Part shown: in pieces, positions 40,181 through 53,840 of the stretch
How positions within the stretch are numbered: the stretch's first letter is position 1
Layout of the letters: each line of letters begins with the position of its first letter
NCBI RefSeq assembly: GCF_006345805.1
Contig: NC_042998.1
Location: forward strand, 64,542,001 to 64,606,000
DNA: 64,000 nt
From: Octopus sinensis
Taxonomy: Eukaryota
Direction: 5' to 3'
The notes under the pieces: model-generated
Seen by the model: the letters and a program-made list of their open reading frames with translations, nothing else
The model's database searches: none
Told to the model about the DNA's origin: nothing
Made by a program: the position numbers and the translations under genes

Positions 40181-42227
40181 GGTAAAATTGCAATTTTTCC
40201 TTGGTTTCGCTTCTTTTTCCTCTTCTAGTTTACCGTGTACTTTCTCGCATTTTCCCGGCCTTACAGAAGCAAAGTCTTTAAAGTGATACCACACAATGCT
40301 TCACCAAAACTATTTCATATATTTATGTATGTGTATGTGTGTGTGCATGTACGTGAGTTTGTGTGTGTCTGTCTCAACGTGCGTGTGTGCATCTGTTTAT
40401 ATGAGTATCCTTATGTACGTCATTCATTTCTGTTTGTTCCCTTTGCATGATTATCTATTCATTATTTTATCCGAATTAATATTCATAATGTCAATGTGAG
40501 AACAACTAAAATAACCCACCTTGTACTGCTTCAATATGTTGTATTAACTATAATTAAAAATAAAGAAAATAGTTTCCATATGATGTCGTAAGTTTGTCAA
40601 CAATTGGTCTCGTATACAAATACTAAGATTTTGATTGCTGAAATAAATGAATGTTATATATATGCTGAAACACCTCAAAACGTGTAGTCTTATTTCAAAT
40701 GAATATTGCAAGATATTATTATTTTTTTTTTATAATTCGATAACTTTCTAATGGTTTTATATTTCGCAAGTAAAGTAAAGAAACATTTTTAAAGATAGTT
40801 GCTCAGAGGGATTTTTCATCATTTCTAATCCGATGAGATACTTTAAGGGTGTTTTAAAAGCCTGCGTTGACTTGTGGAAGACAAAGATAAATAGGGAGAA
40901 AGAGGGAGTGGGAGAGAAAGTGTGGTGAACTGTGTGAGCATGCGTAAGAAGAGGAGGGTATTATCAAAATGTATGTTATTTTAATGCAAGGATTCTGTAT
41001 GAAAATTTTAAAACGACAGCTATGATTACGACGTTTATTATTCAAATGTCAGTAATGCTATGGAAACGAATGCACTTCAAGGAATATTTCCACTGTGGTT
41101 ATCCAACTTAATTAGAATGGAACTTTTAGTTACCTTATAGAATAGAAAAAAATTAATTGCTACTATAGTTAAGAGCAATTTTGTGAGATTCTAGAATAAT
41201 GATTTCGGTTTCACTAAACTCTTTCGAGCTTCGCGTTGTACTCTCGTAGCTAAACAGATTACCTCATTTAGATTACATGGATGGCCTTGAAGCAACGAAT
41301 CACCTGTAATTTGATGACAATTTTATGTGAAAAGCATTTCTCTTAATCATCCGTTACAATCGAATTTTCCCTGTTGCAAAACATGTCGATTGCGTTACAG
41401 TAACCAATCTTGTATTATAATAATCAGAACAGTTGAAGATCACTTTGTTATTGACGTGCATGCGTTAGTTAGTGTGTTGTTTATTGGTATTTGAAACGAT
41501 TCGTGTTGTTGCTTTCCGCAACAGACGATCGTTTATAACATAGAACCATTGTAATAAGTGGTGATTACTATAAAGGTATCTAATTTAGAATCATGGTCAG
41601 GCATTTAAGGTGTAGGGATTAGTCGATACTATCGTCGCCAGTAATTGATAGTACTTCACTTTTCACTAGCTCCGGTGGAGAATAGAGACAAAGGTGACTG
41701 CAATGGAACTTGACCACAAAACATACAGAACCGGAAGATATACTACCAATTACCCTTTCGGCACTGTCAATTTTGCGGGGTTTGCTGCCATACGGAATTT
41801 ATAATAATGATGCAGGAATATAAGACCATATATGAATTATCAGAATCTAATCACTTTAACACCAAACGATGTTTTATTAAGCACATTAATTCAGTTTCTA
41901 TCTCATATAAAAACGCATCATTTATTTGAGACATCAATTTGATAATCTTCCATATACGTGTTTTTCTTTATTATATAAATTGTCTTTCACATGCATATAT
42001 TTTAGATGCTTTTCATCCGGTTTCAAACGAATGTGTTTTATGAAAGACTCCAGAAGAAATGATTTTGTAATTGGATTTCTCCATAAAAATGTTTACGCAT
42101 ATAATCTACGATGGTATGATTATTTCTAAAAGTTGGTTCCTTGATATGTGCGGCCTAAACTCCTAAATGCAATAGTTATATTTTACGAGATAAATCTTTC
42201 AAAGAACGTAGATGATCATATTCAACA

Positions 42228-42990
42228 TACAGGGTGATTCAAACATGTACAACGGATATTTGTATACTAACATGAGGTCAGTGAATGTGCAGTTCGGGCC
42301 CGAATAGCTAAATGATGGTTTTTATGAAATTAGTACAATGATATGTGATGCATGCAAAGGAGCAAATAAATTCCTTCGACGGAATTCAGGAGCCTGATAA
42401 TGATACGACTCAGTGTGGTTCAGTATTCAATAAATGAGATTATGTGGAACGACAGTATTCTTTTGTTCTTTTCTTTTATCCGTTTCAGTTATTTAGCGGC
42501 AGCCATGCTTGAGCACCGCTTGTAGTCGAACAAATCGATCCCAGGATTTATTCTTTGTGAGCCGTGTACTTATTTTGTCTATTTTGTCGAAAAAGTCTAA
42601 GAATAAGTCTGGAAACCTAGATTCCTCCAACGACAGTTTAGAGGTTCTGAGGAAACGCTTGTATAATGAAAGCTACAAGCTGCAGCTCCTTCAGGTCATG
42701 ACAGCAGATGACAAGCGAAGGCGCAAACAATTCTGCGTTGATACACAAGAGAACATTGAATAGGCCGAGTTCAAGGAATGTTTTGTTGTCAGTAATAAGG
42801 CGACACTTCATACAAATGGCAGTCAATAATGTTGGCATTGAAGGCGAAGAAAATCCCCAGACACATTTGAGCATGCTGGTGGTGCGCATATTGAACATTT
42901 TTGAAATCCTTCATGGAATCCGCATACCTTTGAATTTCTCATTCAAATTTTAAGAATAAATCATATGTTGCTCAACATTAACCCTGTTTA
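42228..42990 (+). mobile_element. Decayed Tc1/mariner element interrupted by a SINE tail
   Basis: tacagggtg.. / ..accctgt ends; RKRL..YKLQLLQ..TADDKRRRKQFC and ATFH.NG.VN motifs. Confidence 0.6.
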
Positions 42991-43063
42991 GTCTCATTTG
43001 TGGCGACTATGTAGTCCCTGTGATATTTATATCTGAAATGACATCAAACTCACACACACACAC

Positions 43064-43164
<101 letters not shown>

Positions 43165-43289
43165 CCGTTTGGAAATATTTTTATAAATTCATGTTCGAAG
43201 AAATTTCCTATAATTTCCATTTTTCAACTTTAGTAAATTTTCTTAGCTCCAATTTCTGGCAAATTTAAATATTCGCCGCATCCAATTCA

Positions 43290-44060
43290 TCACATATTTG
43301 AACACTCATTGCATTGGAGTTATTGGCGTAATTGTTGATAAGAAACGAAGCTGGAGTTCCACGTAATCAATAAGGTTGTCTTGGCCCGCAAGATGTGCTC
43401 CCGGTTTCTGAGGAATTTTCGGTCTAGAGATGCCTATGCCATAATCCTTCTCTACTATACTTTTGCCCGGCCCCACCTTGAATACTGTTGCCCACTGAGG
43501 CACCTCACCCAATACGAAGCAAATCATTCACTCCAGAGGTCAATAACAAAAACGATAGACGACATGACAAGCATTGATTATTGGGGGTTGACTAAAAAAA
43601 AATCAATCTCTACTCTCTCCAACGGCGCCGGGAGCGCTATATCATTTGTATTATGTGGAAAATATTCCATCAATATAACACCAATGATGTTGGCATCAAT
43701 TTTTAAATCCACCCAAAACTTGGCCCCCGTGCTATCCGTCCACTACAAAAATCGAACACGGTATACATAGCAACATTACGTCACAATTACTTTACCTCAA
43801 CCGATCCGGCTCTCTTTAATACCATACCAAAATACGTCAAGGCGGTAACGGATCTTATAAGATTCAAATGTTCACTGGACAAATTTCTTCAAAAAATCCC
43901 GGACCGACCTCCTACACTCGGATATGTCTCCAACAAAAAAAAAAAACTCTTTGCTAGAGTGGGCCATGGTGCTACATATATGACTAAATGACATCACTAG
44001 GTGCTGATATTAAGTTAGACGTGGTCTGGGCCTATACTAACCGAAAGTTATCAAAGTTAT
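43290..44060 (+). mobile_element. CR1-group LINE 3' remnant
   Basis: LRNFRSRD..LYYTFARPHLEYCCPL..LQRSITK. Confidence 0.8.
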
Positions 44061-44261
44061 ATTTACAGATACACAGGTGTGTATGGGTATGTATAGAAGA
44101 TTATATTAGTCAAACAAATTCCAGCTTTCACTGATTTCCATGTTTTACTTACCATCTTATAATTATATAACACAACATGATACAATATAATGAAATGGCA
44201 GAAATGTCCATTCTGATTCAAGTAGTACTTTCGTGCATTAAACTATACAATCTTCAGATAC

Positions 44262-44310
<49 letters not shown>

Positions 44311-45585
44311 TGTTGTTGTAGTAGTAGTAGTGACAGTATATATGTCATGAAATTTTACGTGAAATATTTTGTTGTTCTTGAAATCTGCTGTTGTATACCC
44401 TTCTAATATTTACTAATGAATATATCATTGATTGTATGAGTGTCACTTTATATAAGCAGTCAGCATAGATAGACACATTTTCATAGATACTCCAGGTAGA
44501 ATTTTGTGACGATATTCTCAAATTATTGATTAAAAAATTATATTTATTATAAGTGATTTATAGGATACAGTAATGGTATTTCCTCGTGAATAGAAATTAA
44601 ATGAAATGCATCCGAAAGCAATTCACTAGAATGTATAATGCTTTCCTCCCTGTGTGTTATTAACTAGCATAATCATTTACGCGATCATTAATTCTTACAT
44701 TCAATTTATAGCATTTATGATATTCGCTAAATTATTAAATTTTTGATTCATAGTAAAATGGTATGTAGCTATTTTGCAATAATGAATGTTCACGATATTA
44801 AGTATTATTTTTGCATATAAATACGCGTTTTCTAATTCATAAGCAATACAATATATATTTCCTCTTCATTTTTAATTGCATAAATTTTAAATTGGATTTA
44901 AATTTGATCTCTGCTAATTAGCATCGACCAGGTAATATATTTCATCACTATCAAAGATGGAATATATATATATATATATATATTGAACATCTTTCATAGG
45001 TAAAAATATAAAATGTTAAGTAGCTCCTCATTTATATCCACCCCACAGATAGCTTGACACACGCTCAAACACGCAGAAGCACATGTATTTTTCTCTCTCT
45101 TCTTTCTTTCTCTCTCCTTTGTTTACTTCTCTCTCTTTTGTTCCTTTCTCTCACTTCTCTCTTTTTCTCCTTTCATATGGTCTTTAGGGTATTATTGCAG
45201 AACGCATGGAACTTTTTCAGCGGAAACGCAGGAAGAAACCGGACACCAGTCAGTTAAAAGGAGTTTTGTTTTTCAACAAAATTTCCCTTCGCCACAGCAT
45301 GCACTCAAAGTTGCTCACAGTTACTCAGAGGAACACGTAATCATTTCTCACTCTCTGGCTTATTTTTCTTTTTGTTTTATATGTAACACCCCACATGTGA
45401 TAAAATATATTTTTTCATTCAAACTTTTATACGAAAACACTTATGTAAAATTATCCTTTTATTTTGTATTTTTACATCCATATATTAAAATACAGGGACT
45501 ATTTACCCCTTTATTTTGTTTTATTTTTATTCGGTTTAATTTTTTGGCAGACTGTCTTTTGAACTACTTTTGAACTGTTTTCGAC

Positions 45586-47036
45586 ATGGCAGAGAAGGAA
45601 CTTAAAAAGAAAAACTCAGTCTTAGAGTGGGAAATTAACCCGCCTAAGCAATGGTTAAAAGATATGTAGGAGAAAACGGTCGTACTTAGAACGTATTCTA
45701 AAGTTCTTAATTCCATCACCGTCTTCCCAAAACAAGTCATAAAAAATGAACTTAAATAACATTTGTCCTCTGTAAAATATATATCCCGTGGTGTCAAACA
45801 CGCAACCGTATGGTTGCTGTTTGTTAGCGGGGAAAAGGCTCGCCAGTTTGCGAGTCAGCCTTTAGAAGGCAAGGAAATTTTGTTTCTCCCGTCATATTGT
45901 GGAAGAAAATTATTACGAGACTGGATATGTGGGCTCCCCCGGGCACCGAAGCGGATTGGATTAAAGATACCCTCCGACGGGGACTGGGGGATGGCGGGCC
46001 CAGGCTCTTAAATGTAAGGGTATTGCCGGCGGTCAATTGGGAAGGGTCAAAAGCGATTTTGACCCTGTGGACCCCATCGGCCGCAACAAAGATTGTTTTT
46101 CTAGATTTCTTGAAAATGACTGGCTGCAGGTATCCGGTGGTACTTGTGGAACGTCCCCCAAAGTGTCACTCGTGCCTGCAGCCAGGCTACATTAAAAGGA
46201 ACTGCCCCCAGGACCATGGTAAGGTCCTGGAACAGTCACCAGATGCCACCTCCCCTAACCGGTCAAAGGGAGAGTTGGATGTGGTCGAGGAGGCTTCAGC
46301 CTCCTCAACTCTAAAAGGATTAAAAATGAAGAAGGCGGGCAAAAATAGTTGTCCGCCGAGGGAATCTAAGGCTTCGGGAGGCGGGGAAGAGTCTCCAGAC
46401 AAAGTGGAAGAGCTCCACTCTCCTGAAGCCAGGAAGAAAAGAAAAAAAGAAAGAAGAAAGGGTCATCTCAGCAGGCAGATGATGTACCGACTGCATGTCC
46501 CGAAGTTGTGCCACCCACGGTGGAAGAAACCACCCACACCCTTAAAGATGATCAATTAATTATCTTTTTCTACAAGGGCGGGGAGGTGGGAAAATAGTAG
46601 AACATAACGAAACAGTAGATATGCCCTCCACACGGGATCCCGAATGGCCTCCGCAGATAGCTGTGGAGGTCATAAGGTTTCCCTTGTGGGAAAGGCTTAA
46701 ATGATTTGGGGAGGAGTGTCGCATATGGCCGGGTGGCCCTTACACGACGTACCTGTCCTACATGAGTGAGGCATGGGAAATGGCAGGATACAGGAACTCA
46801 AGCGGCACTGAAGATAATGATGAATATATCGATGGATATATCGAAGAGTAGGAGGTGAAAGACCCTCGTTACAGAGTTTGAAACCTCACCTTATTGGACT
46901 ATTTTGTAGTGGTTTATAACCTCAATTTTGTGTTTTAAGAAAGAAAAAAGAAAATATGTTAAGTAAGAGGTTTTAGTGCCTCCTTGTAAAAGGTTTGAAA
47001 CCTTATATTGATATAAAAAAAGAAAAAAGAAAAAAT
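45586..47036 (+). mobile_element. L1/Tx1-type ORF1 (gag-like zinc knuckle) retro-copy with no ORF2 and an A-rich tail
   Basis: Broken frame from ATG 45586 through LPSYCGRK; RPPKCHSCLQPGYIKRNCP knuckle; basic/acidic tail; A-rich end at about 47012-47036. Confidence 0.65.
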
Positions 47037-47169
47037 ATTTTCGAGAAAAGTCCAATTGGCGGGTGTTGGGTTTCGTCTCTCATCTATTCATTATAATTCA
47101 TTTCATTCATTAATGTGTTTGTCCAGCCCGCAAAGCTCTTTGTACTGTCTATATGACAAATTTATGAAA

Positions 47170-47310
47170 TAAAGTAGCTTGCTTACCAACCACATGGTTC
47201 TGTGTCCCTCCCACTGCGTGGCACCTTGGGCAAGTGTCTTCTACTATAGCCTGGCGCCGACCAAAGCCTTGTGAGTGCATTTGGCAGACGGAAACTGAAA
47301 GAAGGTCCTC
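47170..47310 (+). mobile_element. SINE fragment
   Basis: tRNA-like remnant, then ccttgggcaagtgtcttctactatagcc..accaaagccttgtgagtg (also at about 13675). Confidence 0.65.
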
Positions 47311-47345
47311 TTATATATGTTTATATATATACATATATATATGTA

Positions 47346-47672
47346 TATAGTGGTTAGAGCGTCGAGCTTACGATCGTGAGGTTGTGAGCTCGAATCCCGG
47401 ACCGGGCATCGTGTTGTGTTCTTGAGCAAAACACTTTATTTCACGTTGCTCCAGTTCACTCAGCTGTAGAAATGAGTTGCGACGTCACTGGTGCCAAGCT
47501 GTATCGACCTTTGTCTTTCCCTTGGATAATACTGGTGGCGTGGAGAGGGGAGGCTGGTATGCATGGGCGACTGCTGGTCTTCCATAAATAACCTTGCCCG
47601 GACTTGTGTCTAGGAGGGTAACTTTCTAGGTGCAATCCCATGGTCAATCATGACCGAAGGGGGTCTTTACCC
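47346..47672 (+). mobile_element. tRNA-derived SINE
   Basis: tagtggttagagcg A-box-like, gagctcgaatccc B-box-like, cttgagcaaaacacttta core; ends in (TA)n. Confidence 0.82.
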
Positions 47673-47674
47673 TT

Positions 47675-47799
<125 letters not shown>

Positions 47800-48002
47800 T
47801 TCTGTGTCTGTCCCCCCAACATCGCTTGACAACCGATGCTGGTGCGTTTACGTCCACGTAAATTAGCGGTTCGGCAAAAGAGAACGATAGAATAAGTACT
47901 ATGGTTACAAAAAATAAGTCCTGTGTTCGATTTGCTCGACTAAAAGCGGTGCCCCAGCTTGACCACAGTCGAATGACTGAAACAAGTAAAAGGGTAAAAG
48001 AG
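47800..48002 (+). mobile_element. SINE 3' half with a LINE-like tail
   Basis: gcggtgccccagcttgaccacagtc..gactgaaacaagtaaaag, similar to the LINE end at 12535-12572. Confidence 0.7.
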
Positions 48003-48081
48003 CATATATGCATCTGTAAGCGTATATATATTAATATATATACACCAGCACGCATATCCTACATATGTATATGTATGCATA

Positions 48082-48137
<56 letters not shown>

Positions 48138-48169
48138 TATTGTGTCATGCCTTAAATAATGTCGATTTT

Positions 48170-49104
48170 GTAAACGTTTCGTTTTTTAATTAAGATAAAA
48201 AAATTCTAAACTAAAATGTACTGTCAATGCCTTGCCATCTATCTAGTAGACTTCCGAGGCCCCTCTTCCAATCTTCCCTTTTCCGTGACGAAAAATACTC
48301 CCCCAGTGTCCTTTGGTATCATTTGGTTTGGTTTTAAATGTTCAAAGGAAGCTCGACATGTTATTTCCCACCAAACAGATAAGGACACCTTACATGGATG
48401 AAGGCCTTCTTTATCCTGGGGTGCATGTTTTTCTCCTTTCTCTACCCTCTGTGTTCAGCGCTTGATATTTCTTGTCACTAGTCACTATTCGGTGAAATAG
48501 GATTCATTCGTGAAACGTGACATCAAAGAGCACGTATTCACTCTCCGCGATCAGACTTCGAAACGTTGTGAAGAACCCATTAACCCAATTTGCTGATATT
48601 TCCGGTTTGCAAGTACCTATGAATGTTTGAATGACTACATCCAATTTTCTCTGCTTGTTCCTCAACTGTTACGATGGGATTTTGTTCCACTATGGTTTGC
48701 AGCACGTTCTCATTGAGCCTTACAGATCTATTATGTGGCTCGTCTTCTAAGCTGTAATTTGCGGCTCGGAATTTCTGGAACTACCTTTGATAGTGGCTTA
48801 CATTTATCTTCCGATCTCCACATACTGCATTAACATCCCTCGCACTTTCCGTTGCGTTCTTGCCTTTATTGAACTCATAAAGCAAAAAAAAACGAATATG
48901 TTCATATTGTCTCTTCCACAGTAGCTTTGAAAACATAACTGTTATAATTGAAATGCACTCTTCAAAACCTGCACTAAGAGTAAGTAGAAGGTAAACTTAC
49001 TATCTGCTTTTATAGTAAGTTGATGCAGGTAGTTTATCCCGTCCCTCTCCGACTTCTATTTCATACTGTTGATAAAACTGCATTATTTATGGGATGCCCC
49101 AATA
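48170..49104 (-). mobile_element. Decayed mariner (Mos1-like) element
   Basis: TIR tattggggcatcccataaataatgcag at the right end; EHIR..LLYEFNKGKNATESAR N-terminal HTH region. Confidence 0.8.
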
Positions 49105-49129
49105 TATATATGTATATATACAAAACAAA

Positions 49130-49962
49130 AAGAAGGAACAATCTCCAAAATGTCTATGTTTCTTTATATATAAAATATACTCATAGTCAACCGGTTTCTC
49201 TTTTACTAGTCATGACTAAGAATATATTGAAAATATTTAAAAATCCTGTACTTGTTCGTAGCAGGAGACGAATTCGTAACTAAATAAATCTAAGGGAAGT
49301 TAATTAGTGATTGTTATTATTAGAGACAGCGGAGTAGTTCTCCATCTGAGGGACATCTTTGCTGGCTTACAGAGTTCTGTTCACATGGTAGACTAGTTAT
49401 GACACAAACTAAATCTTCGGATGCACATGTGAATCGGTCTTAATTATAAATTTCTGACCTTGTCTGAAGTGGAATTCCAAACTTTCCACAGTTTAGAAGC
49501 TCGTATCTTTTAACACTTGAGTCAATAGTTGTTGGGTTTAATTTCGAATTTGTGAGTTTTCTTTTTAGTGACTTAAATTGTTTTTTATTTCTTTCTTTAC
49601 TTTTGGTGAATTTGTGTTTGTAGAATGTTCCCCAGTGAACATTGATAAATTTCAAATAATGGTGTTACAGAACTCATTATTTCTAGGGTTGTGTGTCGAA
49701 ATACATTGTAGTATTTGTAGATGATGTACACAATTTCATTGTTTTCTTTAGTGTGTTGTTAACTATTTTCTTCACACATTTAAACACATCATCAATTAAT
49801 GAGGGTGGATAGGGACTCTTGCCTAGTGTAGCTTTAATGTCTTTAAGGTCCCTTGTATTCGGACTCGATTATATTGTGCAAAGCCTTTTCGCTAAATTAA
49901 AGGGAATATCTGTTGCATTAGTTAAAAAGAAGGTATTGCGTTGAGTCTGTGGGTTTATAATA
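49130..49962 (-). mobile_element. Penelope-like element 3' remnant
   Basis: YYKPTDSTQYLLFN and IPFNLAKRLCTI..YPPSLIDD (PLE RT thumb); HHR-like motif at 49182-49220. Confidence 0.8.
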
Positions 49963-50349
49963 CACGCGCGCACACACACATAATGCCCACTCACAAATAC
50001 ACACATACATATATGACAAAGTAGGAGAGAAAGAGAGAGAGTGAGTGATAAAGTCAGTCAGTTTCTTGCTTGTAGACCTGGAGGGTGTTAAAATTTGACC
50101 ATCCTCTTTTCCGCGCAAATAACCAGGAGTTAGAGATTTGCGTGGTTCTGAGTTTATATGTTTCTATATTATCTTATAATAATTCTTCTTGTTTCTACTT
50201 TACTTAGCCCGCCAATAACGTTTTCACGTGATTAGTTCAAAGGAAAAGCAAAGAGCGGAGGAAAAATTACAGTGAAAAATAGGGTAAGGTGAACAGTGAG
50301 AGAGAAATAGGGAAACTACTGTGTATTAAATCTATAAAATTGTGCGTAA

Positions 50350-50450
50350 AGTATATGGTGTAGTGGTTAAGAGCGCGGACTACTAACTCCAACATTCCGA
50401 GTTCGATTCCAGGCAGTGACCTGAATAATAGTAATAATAGTAATAATAAC

Positions 50451-50500
<50 letters not shown>

Positions 50501-50730
50501 CAACAATGATACTGATAATAATAATAATAATATTAATAATAATAATAATAATAATTATGATAGTAATCATAATAAAAATAACAGCGAAAAATACCTTAGG
50601 AATAAGAACCCAGGTTCAAAATGTCCCCAAGTCACCCGATGAAGGCTGGAGGGTATATCAGCCGAAACGTTGTGTTGCAACAAACAAGATGAGGAAAATA
50701 TACATCAAATGTAAATAATGTATATAATGT
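50350..50730 (+). mobile_element. tRNA-headed SINE-like element with internal (AAT)n and a minimal HHR tail
   Basis: A box tggtgtagtgg 50356-50366; B box gagttcgattcc 50399-50410; (AAT)n about 50424-50580; HHR 50631-50676. Confidence 0.75.
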
Positions 50731-53700
50731 GTATACATTAAATTCAATAAATAATCACCATATTCCAATTTTCTCAATGATTAGCAGATGAGTGTCTATC
50801 TGTTGATAGAGACACAACACACGCTATGCTTTCAGGCGTTTTTTATAAAGTTTTCAGAAATAACGCAATAGTTTTACCATTAATTCTTTGAAATATTCAA
50901 GGGTTCCGCTAGTTATTATTAATTTATAAATCAAAGAAAATGAAGTGACTGTGAAAGCCTGACTTGCTCGAACTATCTCCGCCTTATGAAATAGAAAATA
51001 ATCGGTGTGTTTCATTTTGTTGTCATTGATTCATAGAAATTCATTTCTATATTTCATGTATAATTCGTTATAATCGGCTACATATTAAAATAACAAACGT
51101 TTCCTTTCTTGTGTTTTAGTTTTGTGAGCACGGGCCCTGTCATTGGCACGATAATGCTGAAATAGCAGTAGGGCTATTTTTAAACATGTATTCGTGCAGA
51201 GAATTATATTACGTCTGTATTTGTTAGCTTAACACTGTTAAACATGAAGAATAGTTACATTAACACATGAAAGTGACCACACAGGTCAAAGTAAAATTTC
51301 CTTGAAACAAATGCACAAAACAAAATTATTTTCCAGAATTTAAGCACAAAACTAATGAATCTCAGTCGTTTTCACATGTAAATATCTGACAGTTTTGACA
51401 GCCAATTCTACTGATTTTTATTTATTTTTTGTTGTTTTTGCTGAAGGACACATCTCGCAAAATCCTCGAGAGTCACTTTGTTTTCCTCTTTTGGATACTG
51501 AAATTATTCCTTCAGGCTCTTCATCACCAAGGAATTCTTCAGTCAGCATTTTTAGGAAATCTCATCTAGAGTGAGGTTTTTTCTTCTGTTTGAATTTTAG
51601 TTGCTTTTAGATATATATAAAAAAAAGTATAGTACGCTGCTCTATCAATTAGACCCTCGCCTGGATCGTTTCACCGAATAATATCTAAGCAGCTTGTCAA
51701 GTTTATCATAGGATTTTTCGAAAATTATGGAAAATCAGAGAACATGTTTTTCGGTAGGAATATATTCTTATCTACAAAATAAGACCTACTACTGACAGGA
51801 CCACAGCGGTTCAACACATGCTTTAACAGAAATTTATTTATAATTTAAAACTCAAACTCAAAATGTAAAATATATTTTTTACCGAAATATTTGGGATAAG
51901 GTGTTCATAACGTAGTATCAATTTCAGCAGTATTGATTTAAATTCAATATTTTTTAATGTGATATAAAATGGCTTCCACACAAAAATAACAGTGATCAAT
52001 TCTATGCTTTTGATTTTTAAAACTACTTTTATCTATGACGTCAAATGTATTTGATATGTGGACCGGCATAGCGAATAGCAGGATTGACCTGTTCAATGAG
52101 GACAATTATTCCTAAAAACATTATTCATGTTAAGCAACGTAGATGAAACGAATACTTTTATATACATAATAACAACTACATTAATGAAAGAAAATTGAAA
52201 GCATAGTAGATGTTAGCAATGTTTGGTGTAAATGTATACGAAACAAATCTAAACAGCATGATAAGTATACTGTCTTCTTAACTGCGGGCGCTTGTAGTGA
52301 AAAAATTGTCTAAAACTATGCATGCAGTCCTTGAGAACCCCAAAGAAAGATAGCGTTGCTTTTGGCGCCAACTCGATATCTTTCATATTACAAGAAACTT
52401 CCCCCAGAAGAAGACAACGGTACAACTAAAGAAACATTTATAAGCTTCTATTTGGTTGTGTGAATTGATATTTTGATATGACAATAGGCTGTATCATTGA
52501 ATACATTTATTACCTCCATTTATATTGGTTATGTCAGCTAAAAATTCCACAAGGTCTACTGAATTGATTAATCAAATTCGCTGAAATTTCGACTTTTCTT
52601 TATCTCTGAGTGCGAATGCATGCTAGCGATATGTATATATTGAAAAGAACATCTTATTGAAAATCATTAATGACAATTGTCTATAAAATTAAACTAGAGG
52701 CCAAATAATATTTTTTTTACGAATATGGTACTCCTGATCTTAGTTCGTTCTAACATTGAATTAACCTTATAGTTTAGACTTAATGAAAAACATCTGAACT
52801 TTTAGAAATGTTGAAGGATAAAAATAAAGTTACAAACGTTTAAATACGACGAAATTAATAAGCAAATATAAGTCAAAAATAGATAAGTATACGTTTTACT
52901 GATTCGTTCTAAATTTAGAATTATTTTTGTAAATATTTTATAATATTCTATAAATGTTACAACTCTCCCAGGAGACTCTGAATATGGCTAATATTACAAA
53001 ATACTTCCTCAAAAAATAGATAAACGATTTATATGATCGGTATACATTTTACTGTAAAATATCATGGATTTTAATGATTCAGTGAGAATCAATGGGAATC
53101 GGAGTTATCGATGAAGAGCAGTGTGTATTTTCATTTAAGATATTGGTCTCGATTAAAAGCGCTTGAATCACAGTGCCAAACGTATCCAAGGATCAGCTAA
53201 ATGTGTGAAATAAGACGTGGGATGACGGCTGGAGTTAGATTTGAAAATAGATGCATTAAATTTTCTATAGTGACACTTAACTTAATGCCCTAATTTAATG
53301 TCAACATAGGAAAGTAGTTATACGAGATCATTCATGTACTTATACTTTCCTTTTAGTCATAAATGTTTTCTATTTGCTGTCGCTAAATCTGACCGTATTA
53401 TTTAATGCTCAAAGTAAGGTTCAGTATTTTTCCACTCAGTAACGATTTAGAAAAATATTCAAAATGGCGTACCTTTATTAAATGCTTTCTATCTTAATCG
53501 AAAGTACTTTAACTAAACCGCTTTTAACAGCCTTCTACTCTAAACCGTTATATATTATACATGTTTGATATTCTTGCATTGCGAATACATACAAGTGATA
53601 AGCGTATTTAAACAATTATTAACGTTCAAAGTTACTTTCACATTTAAAAACTTTCTCTGAAAAGTATAAGCAATATATAAACATACACTATTATTTAATG

Positions 53701-53787
53701 TATCGGAAACATACATATACATGTTAGATAACATACGTAATATATCCCATATTCACCCCAAATATATATATATATATATATACACAA

Positions 53788-53840
<53 letters not shown>

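Noticed and set aside
50350-50420. Functional tRNA gene
   Set aside because: The acceptor stem does not pair and it is joined to repeat modules; treated as a SINE head
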